Below are positions 28,697 to 38,002 of a DNA stretch of 64,000 nt, piece by piece. Where the stretch lies: assembly GCA_964619725.1 (NCBI GenBank), contig CAZUFC010000016.1:1-64000 (forward strand), in the 5' to 3' direction. The notes under the pieces were generated by a model that did no database searches, was not told where the DNA came from, and saw only the letters and a list, made by a program, of their open reading frames with translations. Each line of letters starts with the position of its first letter. Position 1 is the first letter of the stretch. Source of the stretch: an uncultured bacterium (GTDB taxonomy: Bacteria > CSSED10-310 > CAZUFC01). The translations under genes were made by a program, and so were the position numbers.

Positions 28697-30817
28697 ATGT
28701 CTAAAATGACGAATGTGAAGAGGTCTCTGGCGGACGGCGGATTAACGGAAGCTCTGACGAAATACAGCGATATAATGCTGGCGGGACTGGTAATCGGCAT
28801 AGTGGGAATGATGCTGATCCCTTTGCCGACTTTTTTATTGGACATATTGCTGACGATGAACATTACCCTGGCAGTGACCATATTGCTGGTAACCCTATAC
28901 GTACCCGGCGCCATAAAATTCGCATCCTTTCCCACTGTGTTGCTCATTGCAACTCTGTTCAGGCTTGCACTGAACGTGTCTTCGACAAGGCTGATTCTGC
29001 TGTATGCTTATGCGGGAGAAGTCATTAAATCATTCGGAAATTTTGTGGTTAAAGGCAATTTCGTTGTAGGGGCCGTAATTTTTCTGATTCTGACGTTAAT
29101 TCAATTCATCGTGATATCGAAGGGTTCGGAGCGGGTAGCGGAGGTTGCGGCGCGTTTTACGCTTGATGCCTTACCCGGTAAGCAGATGAGCATTGACGCC
29201 GATATGCGTGCAGGATCGATCAGCATGGAGGAAGGAAAACGGAGGCGCGAGGAACTGGAGCGTGAATCGCAGCTTTACGGGTCCATGGACGGGGCTATGA
29301 AGTTTGTGAAGGGGGATGCCATCGCAGGCATCATCATCACCGCCATAAACATTATCGGCGGGTTGATCATCGGCATAATGCAGCAGGGGATGTCCGCTGG
29401 AGAGGCCGCCCAGACATATACCTTGTTGACTATCGGCGATGGATTGGTTTCCCAGATACCGGCGCTTCTCTTGTCGACCGCCGCCGGTATGGTCGTTACT
29501 CGCGTCGCTTCGGAGCACGAGGATTCGCATCTCGGCAAGGATATAGGAACTCAGTTGCTGGATCAGCCGAAAGCGATCGGAATAGCTTCCGGTATGTTGT
29601 TTCTTTTGGGCATTGTGCCGGGATTGCCGATGGTGCCGTTCTTTATCCTCGGCGCTGTCACGGGAACCATCGCCTACGGTCTTTTGAAGACCAGGGAAAT
29701 ATCTGAAGAAGCAGCGGAAGAGATTGAAGCAGAGGAAGAAGAAAAAAAGAAGGAGGAAGCAGCGAAAGAGGGACTGGTTTCTTTGGTTACTCCGCTTGCG
29801 CTGGAAGTGGGCGAAGAATTGACCAAATTTGTGGATTTGAAGTACGATGGAGGCAAATTCATCAATGAGATGCTGCCGATGATCCGGGAAGGCATCTATC
29901 AGCAACTCGGAACAAGATTACCTGGCGTGAGAGTGCGCGGATACAGCCGGGCGCTCGGTCCGGACATGTATATGATCCTTGTGAACGAAATTCCTGTGGT
30001 CACAGGCAGAATTCTTATGAACAAAATACTGGTGAACGAAGCCGCTCAGAGTCTAAAAATTTTCAATATAGATGCCATTCCCACTACGAATCCGGCGACC
30101 GGCTCGCCTGCAGCCTGGGCGCCCGAAGAAAAAAGGGAAATTATTGAAAAAGCCGGTTATAAAATATGGGATGTGCCCGGAGTCCTGACGCTGCACCTCT
30201 CAGGAGTCATGCTGAAGCATGCTCACGAATTTATAGGCATCCAGGAAGTACAGTCAATGCTGGATCAAATGGAACAGGCTTTTCCCGCTCTCGTGAAAGC
30301 CGCTTCAAAGGCGGTTAATACCCTCAAACTGTCCGAAGCTTTGCAACGACTCGTCCATGAACAGATCAGCATCCGTGATTTTCGCAGAATTCTGCAATCC
30401 GTGGCCAAGTGGGGTCCCATTGAGCCCGACGATGTTATGATGCTTACAGAATACATCAGGACCGATCTCAAGGAAATCATCAGTTACAAATATTCAGGCG
30501 GCAAAAATACGCTCATCGTTCACCTTCTGGATTCTGATATAGAAGACTTGATCCGCAGCTCAATTAAAAAAACAAAAGCCGGCAACTATCCGAACCTCAA
30601 TCCCGATGTCGCCGAAGAAATACTGGCGGTTATGGGACGCGAATTAAAACATTCGCTAAACTCACCAACTCCGCCGGTAATTCTCTGCAGTTTCGACGTA
30701 AGGCCTTATTTCAAAAGCATCGTGAAAGACACTTATCCCCGCGTAGCGGTTCTTTCATTTCATGAAATCGCCGGCGATATGAATATACAGCCGGTCGGTC
30801 AAATTAGCATCGGTTGA
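28697..30817 (+). CDS. sctV: Type III secretion export gate SctV (LcrD/YscV/HrcV family, non-flagellar type)
   Basis: FHIPEP motif with injectisome-type residues KGSERVAEVAARF, QMSIDADMRAG and ESQLYGSMDGAMKFVKGD; no FlhA-type GH-containing insertion after STRLILL. Confidence 0.88.
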   Translation: MSKMTNVKRSLADGGLTEALTKYSDIMLAGLVIGIVGMMLIPLPTFLLDILLTMNITLAVTILLVTLYVPGAIKFASFPTVLLIATLFRLALNVSSTRLILLYAYAGEVIKSFGNFVVKGNFVVGAVIFLILTLIQFIVISKGSERVAEVAARFTLDALPGKQMSIDADMRAGSISMEEGKRRREELERESQLYGSMDGAMKFVKGDAIAGIIITAINIIGGLIIGIMQQGMSAGEAAQTYTLLTIGDGLVSQIPALLLSTAAGMVVTRVASEHEDSHLGKDIGTQLLDQPKAIGIASGMLFLLGIVPGLPMVPFFILGAVTGTIAYGLLKTREISEEAAEEIEAEEEEKKKEEAAKEGLVSLVTPLALEVGEELTKFVDLKYDGGKFINEMLPMIREGIYQQLGTRLPGVRVRGYSRALGPDMYMILVNEIPVVTGRILMNKILVNEAAQSLKIFNIDAIPTTNPATGSPAAWAPEEKREIIEKAGYKIWDVPGVLTLHLSGVMLKHAHEFIGIQEVQSMLDQMEQAFPALVKAASKAVNTLKLSEALQRLVHEQISIRDFRRILQSVAKWGPIEPDDVMMLTEYIRTDLKEIISYKYSGGKNTLIVHLLDSDIEDLIRSSIKKTKAGNYPNLNPDVAEEILAVMGRELKHSLNSPTPPVILCSFDVRPYFKSIVKDTYPRVAVLSFHEIAGDMNIQPVGQISIG

Positions 30818-30894
30818 TGTTCCAGCGAAAAATAAATGAGTTTTCCGCGGCAGCCTTTCAGTGAAAACATTAAGTTTAACGGAACGTCAAACGG

Positions 30895-31932
30895 ATGAAA
30901 AAAAGACCATTTAGAAAATTCGCCTTTCAAGCCGCAGCGAAGGTTCTCTGGAAAAGCGGCGTTATTCGCCGGCAACTCCGAAACAAACCGCAAAAGCGCT
31001 TGCAGGTTTTAGCCTATCATTCGCTTAAACCTCATTTCTTTTTTCGAAAGTTATTTGAAATTGAAAGAGCGGAAGAACATTTTGAAAAACAGATGTATTT
31101 CCTGAAGCATTTCATGTCTCCGGTCAGCCTTGATGAGGTCCTCGGGTTTCTCTACAAAGGAAAGGCGTTGCCGCCCAATCCTGTGCTGGTAACTATCGAC
31201 GACGGTTATCGCGATTGCTGGGATTCTGCTTTTCCATCTTTAAAAAAATTCAGTATACCCGCCGTCCTGTTTTTAACTACCCAACCTGTCGATCAGGATT
31301 CTTTTTTGTGGTTCGACAAGTTGTATTACTGGTTGAGCGAAACGGCCGAATCGTCTTTATCTGTAGAGACCGGAAGCGGCGTTCGTCGATTTTCTTTAGA
31401 GACGATTACCGACAGACGGAATGCCGCCGTGACTCTGCGCCGAATCCTGAAATCCTTACCGAACCGGGAACGATTGAAATGGCTCGAATCCATCGAACAA
31501 TCTCTCAATCTCTCCCCGGACGACCCTAGGTTAGAAAGCATGAAATTGCTCGATTGGCCGCAGGTTAAAAAGATGTCGGAAGCAGGCATTGAATTCGGTT
31601 CTCATTCGGTTTCTCACCCCATTATGACGAGATTGAATGACGATGAATTTGCATTTGAAGCGAAATTTTCCAAAAACAGAATCGAAGAATCAATCTCAAA
31701 ACCCGTGCGCGCTTTTGCTTTTCCCAGCGGACGGAAGGGTGAGTTCAACCGCAGCGCACAGGACAAACTGAAAAAAATCGGTTATCAATGCGCTTTCACT
31801 TTCATGCCCGGATACGTTTCTGAAAAAACGCCGCCTTTTGAAATCAACCGTTTCGGTTTCTTCGGAGAAAATCTTGAAAGCTTCGCTTATCTGATGTCGG
31901 GACTCAATAAAAAAAAGAAAAATAAACTGTAA
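30895..31932 (+). CDS. Polysaccharide deacetylase (CE4/NodB homology)
   Basis: 'VLAYH', 'VTIDDGYRD', 'GSHSVSH', 'FAFPSG' motifs. Confidence 0.85.
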   Translation: MKKRPFRKFAFQAAAKVLWKSGVIRRQLRNKPQKRLQVLAYHSLKPHFFFRKLFEIERAEEHFEKQMYFLKHFMSPVSLDEVLGFLYKGKALPPNPVLVTIDDGYRDCWDSAFPSLKKFSIPAVLFLTTQPVDQDSFLWFDKLYYWLSETAESSLSVETGSGVRRFSLETITDRRNAAVTLRRILKSLPNRERLKWLESIEQSLNLSPDDPRLESMKLLDWPQVKKMSEAGIEFGSHSVSHPIMTRLNDDEFAFEAKFSKNRIEESISKPVRAFAFPSGRKGEFNRSAQDKLKKIGYQCAFTFMPGYVSEKTPPFEINRFGFFGENLESFAYLMSGLNKKKKNKL

Positions 31933-32082
31933 TCTTTTCCAAGCTATAATAAGTAATCATGAACGAGCGTATATTGAAATTTTCGGGACTGGTCAGATTG
32001 GGACGACAAATTGACGCCGGCGTACGTCGCACATTATTTTAATCAATGACTTATTTTTGTATGAAGGGAAGGCGGAGAATTT

Positions 32083-32562
32083 GTGAAGAGAAGCAATTGG
32101 CATGAATACTTTATGAAAATCACTCGCTCTGTCGCTGAAAGGTCGACATGTCCCAGAGCCGCTGTGGGAGCGGTTATAGTCAAAAATCGTTCCATCCTTT
32201 CCACAGGATACAATGGAGCGCCCAGCGGTCAAAAGCATTGTACTGAAGTGGGATGCCTTGTCTATGAATCTAAGAATCCATTCGGCGAAACTGAAAAAAA
32301 TTGCTACCGAACGACGCACGCAGAGATGAATGCCGTCATACAGGCTGCGAAAAACGGCACAGCCATATCAGGAGCGGACATATACATCACTCATTCGCCC
32401 TGTTATCATTGCCTTAAAGCTCTCATCAACGCCGGCATCAGGAACATTTACATCGAAACGCCGTACAAGATTCATACCATCAAAGAACTTATCGAAAATT
32501 CAGACCTTCGGATATACAGAATTCATTCCGACGGGAAATTAACACCGCTTTTCGATGTTTGA
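32083..32562 (+). CDS. dCMP deaminase family protein (ComEB-like)
   Basis: 'RSTC.RAAVGAVIV', 'TGYNGAP', HAEMNA and PCYHC zinc motifs. Confidence 0.9.
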   Translation: MKRSNWHEYFMKITRSVAERSTCPRAAVGAVIVKNRSILSTGYNGAPSGQKHCTEVGCLVYESKNPFGETEKNCYRTTHAEMNAVIQAAKNGTAISGADIYITHSPCYHCLKALINAGIRNIYIETPYKIHTIKELIENSDLRIYRIHSDGKLTPLFDV

Positions 32563-32693
32563 CCTCCTTCCCGCCGACACGACCGACAGTCAGATAAATA
32601 ATCAAGCGATGATTTAAATACACGGATTTTTGGAAGTCATTGTCCGGCCCTCAGCAACCAAGGGTCAACACGGATAAGAGAAGAAGATAGTTA

Positions 32694-32893
32694 GTTTTTG
32701 TCCATAAACGGCGAATTTCCCCCAGTGCTGCGTCAGGCTAACGATTTGCTCAGCCAACATATAATAAATACGCCTTCTTCGCAAATCCTTGCCTTCCTTG
32801 CCTTAAGAAAAATTCGCCCGTTTATGGATCAAAAACCCAAGTGGCTGTCCAGCATCAAATTTTGAATCGAGATTCGAGTTTGTGGACAGACAC
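32694..32893. mobile_element. 200-bp composite MITE-like element, copy 2
   Basis: Same length and layout as 10562-10761; perfect 6-bp flanking direct repeat TAGTTA (32688-32693, 32894-32899). Confidence 0.78.
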
Positions 32894-33057
32894 TAGTTAT
32901 GGAAATTGTAATTTCCGTTTGATCAGTCCCAGCTTTTGTCGCCTAATACATAGGGCGCTGATAATGATTTTGTGAACCGCCGCCGGCTCACATTGACTTG
33001 CAAGGTCCGAATCATTCTTTTATTATTGAATTCGTTTTTTGGGGATGAGGTTGTGAA

Positions 33058-34647
33058 GTGAAAAAATCAGATAAAAAAAACAATTATTTCAAAGAGCGAA
33101 AGCATGAACTTATCATACTTGGGATCATCTTTTGCCTTTTTTTAGCGCATGCTTTCCTGATGTCTTTCTATGATACCGATGATGCTTACATTTCTTTCCG
33201 ATACGCGCGTAACCTTTACAAAGGTGAGGGGCTTACATTCAATCCCGGCCAGAGAGTCGAAGGGTATACAAATTTTCTTTGGACTGTTCTGATGGTCGTT
33301 CCGTTTGCCCTGAGATTTCCGCCGATTATCTGGGCGCGCCTGTTGAGCATATTCTCAGCTTTATTACTGATGTGGCTGCTCTATCGGCGTTCTCAGTCGA
33401 GCATTCCTCTGTGCCGTCTGTCCGGGCCCCTCCTTTTCGCTTGTTCAGGCTCTGCAGCTATATGGGTCATGGCCGGACTCGAAACTGTTTTTTTCAGCCT
33501 GTTGATTTTCTGGGCGATGATTCGCAGCGTGGAAAAAGAACAATCATTCAAACACATTATGTTCACAGGCCTTCTAGCTCTCGGAGCGGCCCTGACGAGA
33601 CCCGAGGCATTGATGTTCGTATTTCTTTTCGGCGTTTTTCAGCTAACGTTATGCAAACGCGACAATTTCTGGGCGGTCCTGACGGAATTTGTCCTTTTCT
33701 TTTTATTATACGGGATTTATTTCTTTTGGCGATATAACTACTACGGATATTTTCTCCCCAACACATTTTACGCTAAAACCGGAGGCGGCGGGAGTCAGAT
33801 CGAACAGGGACTGGCGTATCTGAAATCATTCGCTTTCGGCCCGGGTTTGATCCCTTTGATACTGATGTTTTGCTCCATGATGAAAAAAGGTAGAAGTCGC
33901 CGCAACAGCCTGATGATATTATCGGTGATGTTGTTTTTAGTATACGTCGCCTTTATCGGCGGCGATTGGATGCCGCTGTGGCGTTTTATGGTCCCGGTCT
34001 TGCCCATTATTTTTTACCTGGTCTCGGACGGATTGGAAGCCTTACATAACCGCATCAAGTCGAAAAACGCCGGCTCTGTCATTATTGCCTTGCTTCTGCT
34101 TTTAGCTGTCACCGGACAGATGCCCTCATCCCTGAAATGGATTCGTCAGAATCCCGTTTTTACCGGAGAACCTAAGGTCGATGTTCTGAAAGAACTAGGA
34201 CTTCACCTGAAAAAAAACGCCCCGCCTAATGCCGTAATCGCAGTCGTGCCTGCAGGAAAAATACCTTTTTACTCTGAATTGTGGACCATCGACATGAGGG
34301 GTCTCTTGGATACTCATATTGCTCATGAAAAAATTCAAAGAACAGGCCTGGCGGGACATGAAAAACGCGATCCGGACTATATCATGTCGCTTCACCCCGA
34401 TTACATCGTCACGACCGGAGCCCGCCGAAAAAAAGTTACCGCATTCCCTCTTAAAGACCTCAATTCTGATAAAACTCTCGATACATACAGCATACTGAAT
34501 CACCCGGATTTTACGAAGAATTACACCGTAAAGATAATCGAGCTGCAGCAAGGAAACAAAGACCTGCAATTCTACGAGAGAAAGCATCCCCCCGGAAGAT
34601 TGAGAAACCATGACGAATCTCTGCATAATTCGTCATCCGAAAACTGA
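33058..34647 (+). CDS. Multi-pass membrane GT-C-type glycosyltransferase
   Basis: 'DDAYISFRYARNL', 'VEGYTNFLW', 'TRPE', 'PNTFYAK', 'GGDWM...RF' motifs; many TM helices. Confidence 0.75.
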   Translation: MKKSDKKNNYFKERKHELIILGIIFCLFLAHAFLMSFYDTDDAYISFRYARNLYKGEGLTFNPGQRVEGYTNFLWTVLMVVPFALRFPPIIWARLLSIFSALLLMWLLYRRSQSSIPLCRLSGPLLFACSGSAAIWVMAGLETVFFSLLIFWAMIRSVEKEQSFKHIMFTGLLALGAALTRPEALMFVFLFGVFQLTLCKRDNFWAVLTEFVLFFLLYGIYFFWRYNYYGYFLPNTFYAKTGGGGSQIEQGLAYLKSFAFGPGLIPLILMFCSMMKKGRSRRNSLMILSVMLFLVYVAFIGGDWMPLWRFMVPVLPIIFYLVSDGLEALHNRIKSKNAGSVIIALLLLLAVTGQMPSSLKWIRQNPVFTGEPKVDVLKELGLHLKKNAPPNAVIAVVPAGKIPFYSELWTIDMRGLLDTHIAHEKIQRTGLAGHEKRDPDYIMSLHPDYIVTTGARRKKVTAFPLKDLNSDKTLDTYSILNHPDFTKNYTVKIIELQQGNKDLQFYERKHPPGRLRNHDESLHNSSSEN

Positions 34648-34717
34648 TTCTTTCTAATACTCGCCCCGATAATCAGCTATTAAAATTCCGGAATATTTTA
34701 GAATTCTTGTTTCCCAA

Positions 34718-35617
34718 TTATTTTTTCGAAGTAGGCGCTATCTTATCCAAAAAATCTCGAATCGCCGGCCAGGCCGTACCCGCTGGGTCCTCAGGATGAA
34801 AAAATTCTTTCTCAATCTTTCCCGGTACTGACTCCTTCCCGTAAAACAACCCTTTCTGTTTCCATTGCCTTTCCATTAATTCAAAATAATCCGTTGTTTC
34901 ATCAGATAACATATCGTTTTCGGAAAACCGGATTTCCATGATATGACAATTCAGGTTCTCGCCAATGTCATCAAATCCCAAATAACTTCTCATTTCTGTT
35001 TTGGAAAAGTCCCGAAAATCTTCGGGAAAATAGCTTTGTTTTAATTGTCGGTTATCCTCATCGAAGTCTTCTGTCCACAAAACGGGATTCATAACGGGAT
35101 TAACGAGCAGGAGCGCTTTAATTTCATTGTTCTCTAAGCCTGCGGCAGCTTTGAGAGCAGGAAAACAGCTTATACCGAAAGCCGCAATAATCGTTTCCTT
35201 CTTCTGGAAGTAATAATATTCGGTCATTCTTATAGCGGAAATTTCGATATCTTTTTTTATTCTTTCAAATAAAGGCATCTTCGCATTATCATATTTATAA
35301 TAGTTTAACCGATCTACGATGAATCCTATCCTGCCGGCATCCAGACAGCGACGAGTAAAAGGAGTATAATGCCGCGCATCTATTTCAGGATCAGGAACAA
35401 CTATCATTCCCGGTTCGTAGAACACGCCTTTTCTATTCGGAACGCAAATGATTCCTTGAATTTCCTGCTGGTGGTAATCATCCGCTTCATCGGGTAAAAA
35501 AAACAGCATGCCCTCTCTGACGTTTTCATTTCGGCCGAATTGTGGAGCCGGCAGTCCCAGGCAACCGAATTGAGTAAACAGTATCATAAGCATGAGAGTC
35601 GCTAGAGCTTTTTTCAT
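34718..35617 (-). CDS. Hypothetical lipoprotein (possibly alpha/beta fold)
   Basis: GAGGAGG RBS before ATG 35617; signal peptide ending FTQFGC; no catalytic motif recognised. Confidence 0.6.
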   Translation of the reverse strand: MKKALATLMLMILFTQFGCLGLPAPQFGRNENVREGMLFFLPDEADDYHQQEIQGIICVPNRKGVFYEPGMIVVPDPEIDARHYTPFTRRCLDAGRIGFIVDRLNYYKYDNAKMPLFERIKKDIEISAIRMTEYYYFQKKETIIAAFGISCFPALKAAAGLENNEIKALLLVNPVMNPVLWTEDFDEDNRQLKQSYFPEDFRDFSKTEMRSYLGFDDIGENLNCHIMEIRFSENDMLSDETTDYFELMERQWKQKGLFYGKESVPGKIEKEFFHPEDPAGTAWPAIRDFLDKIAPTSKK

Positions 35618-35697
35618 CGTCAAATTCCTCCTCAAAATTGAAAATAAGCAAACCTGCGTAACCGGCACGAAAAGGCCGATATTTATTCAAAAGATTT

Positions 35698-37713
35698 TCA
35701 AGTGCAGCGTCGAACGGTGTTTATGGCTAACAGACAGGCGAGGAAAAGGGTAAGGAGAGCTATACCTGCGGAAGATGATGCGGGGATCGAAGGGGTCGTG
35801 GGAATCAGTGTAGGCGTAGGCGTAGGAGGCGGAGGAACCAGAGATGCGCTCATATAGTGGAAACCCATATCCGCCATTTCCGAATCATATACGCTGTCCG
35901 TTCGAGTAGTGAACTGACTTAAACAATGAGTTTTATACAATCCCTCGAAGCAGACCCAAAGGGCATCCCGATCGCCCCCGTCGATGCACGGACTGTCCAG
36001 AGTTTGTCCCGCAGCCGTGTGACTCAGATAATAATCTCCATTCGTGCCTGCGGCGAATAAAGGGTCCTCGTTGATGTTGCCTGTGCCCGTATATCCCTCC
36101 TGAATGTCGGAATATTGGACAATTGGAATAGGAAATCCATGGACGAAAATTCCGTCGGGAGAGTTATTCCAAAAGATGGTATTGGAAATTTGAGGGCTTG
36201 CATTAAAAGAATATAGACCGCCGCCGTCCAGCCCCTCAGACGTCCCGTTTCCGGCGAATGTGCAATTGAGTATTTCCGGTTCGGATTCGAAACAATATAT
36301 AGCGCCGCCGGAACTGAAACTGTAATTGTCGTAAAACAGACAATTAGTTATATTCGGCGTCGTTTCTTCATAACAAAGAATGGCTCCGCCGCCGTATTGA
36401 GCGAAATTAGCGGAAAAAATGCAGTTTGCCACGGCAGGCGAACCGCTTTCCAGGTAAATCCCGCCGCCGTAATCAGCCATCCCGTTTTTTATCGTTAATC
36501 CTCTTATGATCGAATCCTGAGTTTCGCCGTTGTGAAAATGAAATCCTCTGCCCTGAGACTCGCAATCGATAACGCAATAATCGGGTCCGTATTGAGAGGC
36601 GACAGTGATGGCTTTTCCGTGAAAATCTAAATTATAATTGCCGTTGCCCGAGTATGTTCCGTTATGGATAAGTACGATTTCACCCGGATCAGCAGCATTA
36701 ATGGCTCCCTGAATGGTGTTGTAATCTGCAGGCACGTGTTTGATTATCCCTGTCTTATAGAAATGAGCGCCCATGTCTACCGTTCCCCAATCCCGCCCGA
36801 ATTCATCATACCTCGTCGTCAGGTCGCTCAGACATAACTCAGGCGCGCTTCCCGGCAAACATATCTCGGAGGCGAGGCTGCTTCCGGTATCCAGGCACGG
36901 ACTGTTGAATGACTGCCCTGCAATGGTTTGACTCAGATAATATCCGCCGCATGGACCTGCGGCGAATATAGGATTCTGATCGATATTGCCGGCTCCTGCG
37001 AATCCGCCCTGAACGTCTGAGTAGGTGATCTGCGGAACCTCATCCCCGGCTATGGTTACGCCTGCGTTATCCCAAATAATGCAGTTTTCCAGTACCGGCG
37101 AGGAATTGAGTATGCTGTATACAGCGCTTCCTTCGCTTCCAGCGGAATTTTCCGCTACAGTGCAATTGTAAAATTCAGGTTCGGCGTTGAAATAACAGGC
37201 AATAGCTCCGCCCGAATCCGAATAGTTGTTCGTCGCTATACAATTAATAAATGTCGGAGAGCTTTCAATACAATATATTCCCCCTCCTTCGTACGTAGCC
37301 GTATTTCCTTCGATTCTGCATCCCCATATCACCGGATCGGAATAATCCACATAAAATCCTCCGCCCCAGGCGCTGGAACCGTTCCTTACGGTAAAACCCC
37401 TGATTATAGTATCCGACTGCTCAGCATCATTGATGTAAAATGACCGGCCGCTACCTTCGCAATCTATAATGCAGGTGAGAAATCCGTTCGCGGACATAAC
37501 CGTTATCGCTTTACCCTTCAATTCGATCTCTTTGTTGCCCGTTCCCGTATATGTTCCGTCGGAAACCAGAACCGTGTCGCCGTTCATTGCCGTATTTATG
37601 CCTGCCTGAATCGTCGGTTGATCTTCAGGAACATGGATCACCGCCCCGAAAGCCGTGCCGGCTGTTATCATTACCGCTAAATTTAAAATATAAAAAATCT
37701 TATACTTTTTCAA
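35698..37713 (-). CDS. Secreted right-handed beta-helix repeat protein (duplicated module) with a Pro/Thr linker and C-terminal TM sorting signal
   Basis: TTG start with AGGGGTGA RBS; two 'HVP.D..TIQ..IN.A..G..VL...GTY' modules; GG(A/G)I repeats; tail PTPTPT...IPASSSAGIALLTLFLACLLAINTVRR. Confidence 0.8.
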   Translation of the reverse strand: MKKYKIFYILNLAVMITAGTAFGAVIHVPEDQPTIQAGINTAMNGDTVLVSDGTYTGTGNKEIELKGKAITVMSANGFLTCIIDCEGSGRSFYINDAEQSDTIIRGFTVRNGSSAWGGGFYVDYSDPVIWGCRIEGNTATYEGGGIYCIESSPTFINCIATNNYSDSGGAIACYFNAEPEFYNCTVAENSAGSEGSAVYSILNSSPVLENCIIWDNAGVTIAGDEVPQITYSDVQGGFAGAGNIDQNPIFAAGPCGGYYLSQTIAGQSFNSPCLDTGSSLASEICLPGSAPELCLSDLTTRYDEFGRDWGTVDMGAHFYKTGIIKHVPADYNTIQGAINAADPGEIVLIHNGTYSGNGNYNLDFHGKAITVASQYGPDYCVIDCESQGRGFHFHNGETQDSIIRGLTIKNGMADYGGGIYLESGSPAVANCIFSANFAQYGGGAILCYEETTPNITNCLFYDNYSFSSGGAIYCFESEPEILNCTFAGNGTSEGLDGGGLYSFNASPQISNTIFWNNSPDGIFVHGFPIPIVQYSDIQEGYTGTGNINEDPLFAAGTNGDYYLSHTAAGQTLDSPCIDGGDRDALWVCFEGLYKTHCLSQFTTRTDSVYDSEMADMGFHYMSASLVPPPPTPTPTLIPTTPSIPASSSAGIALLTLFLACLLAINTVRRCT

Positions 37714-38002
37714 AATGTCACCCCTTTTCAACAGGCATCTTTTCCGCTCGATCCCTGCTTTATCAGTATACCGGCCCGTAATACAATTTTCAAACTGTAA
37801 CGGCTGTTTATATTGATTCTTCGTCAACTCCAGGGATAATCAACGGTTCTTCATCATTTCGTCGAACGAATCTACGCACGTAGCTTTCCTGCCTGTCAAC
37901 CTCATATTTCTTTTGAAAACGGACCATTCCTCTCTGAACAAATATACCGAAAACCCTGCTGAGAAATATCTCTCTGAAAGCCTCCAAAGCTTTTGCCGGC
38001 GG

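Noticed and set aside
28697-30817. Annotation as flagellar flhA
   Set aside because: The diagnostic residues are injectisome-type, there is no flhB/flhF neighbourhood, and a SycD-like chaperone is adjacent. A phylogeny is still needed to be certain.
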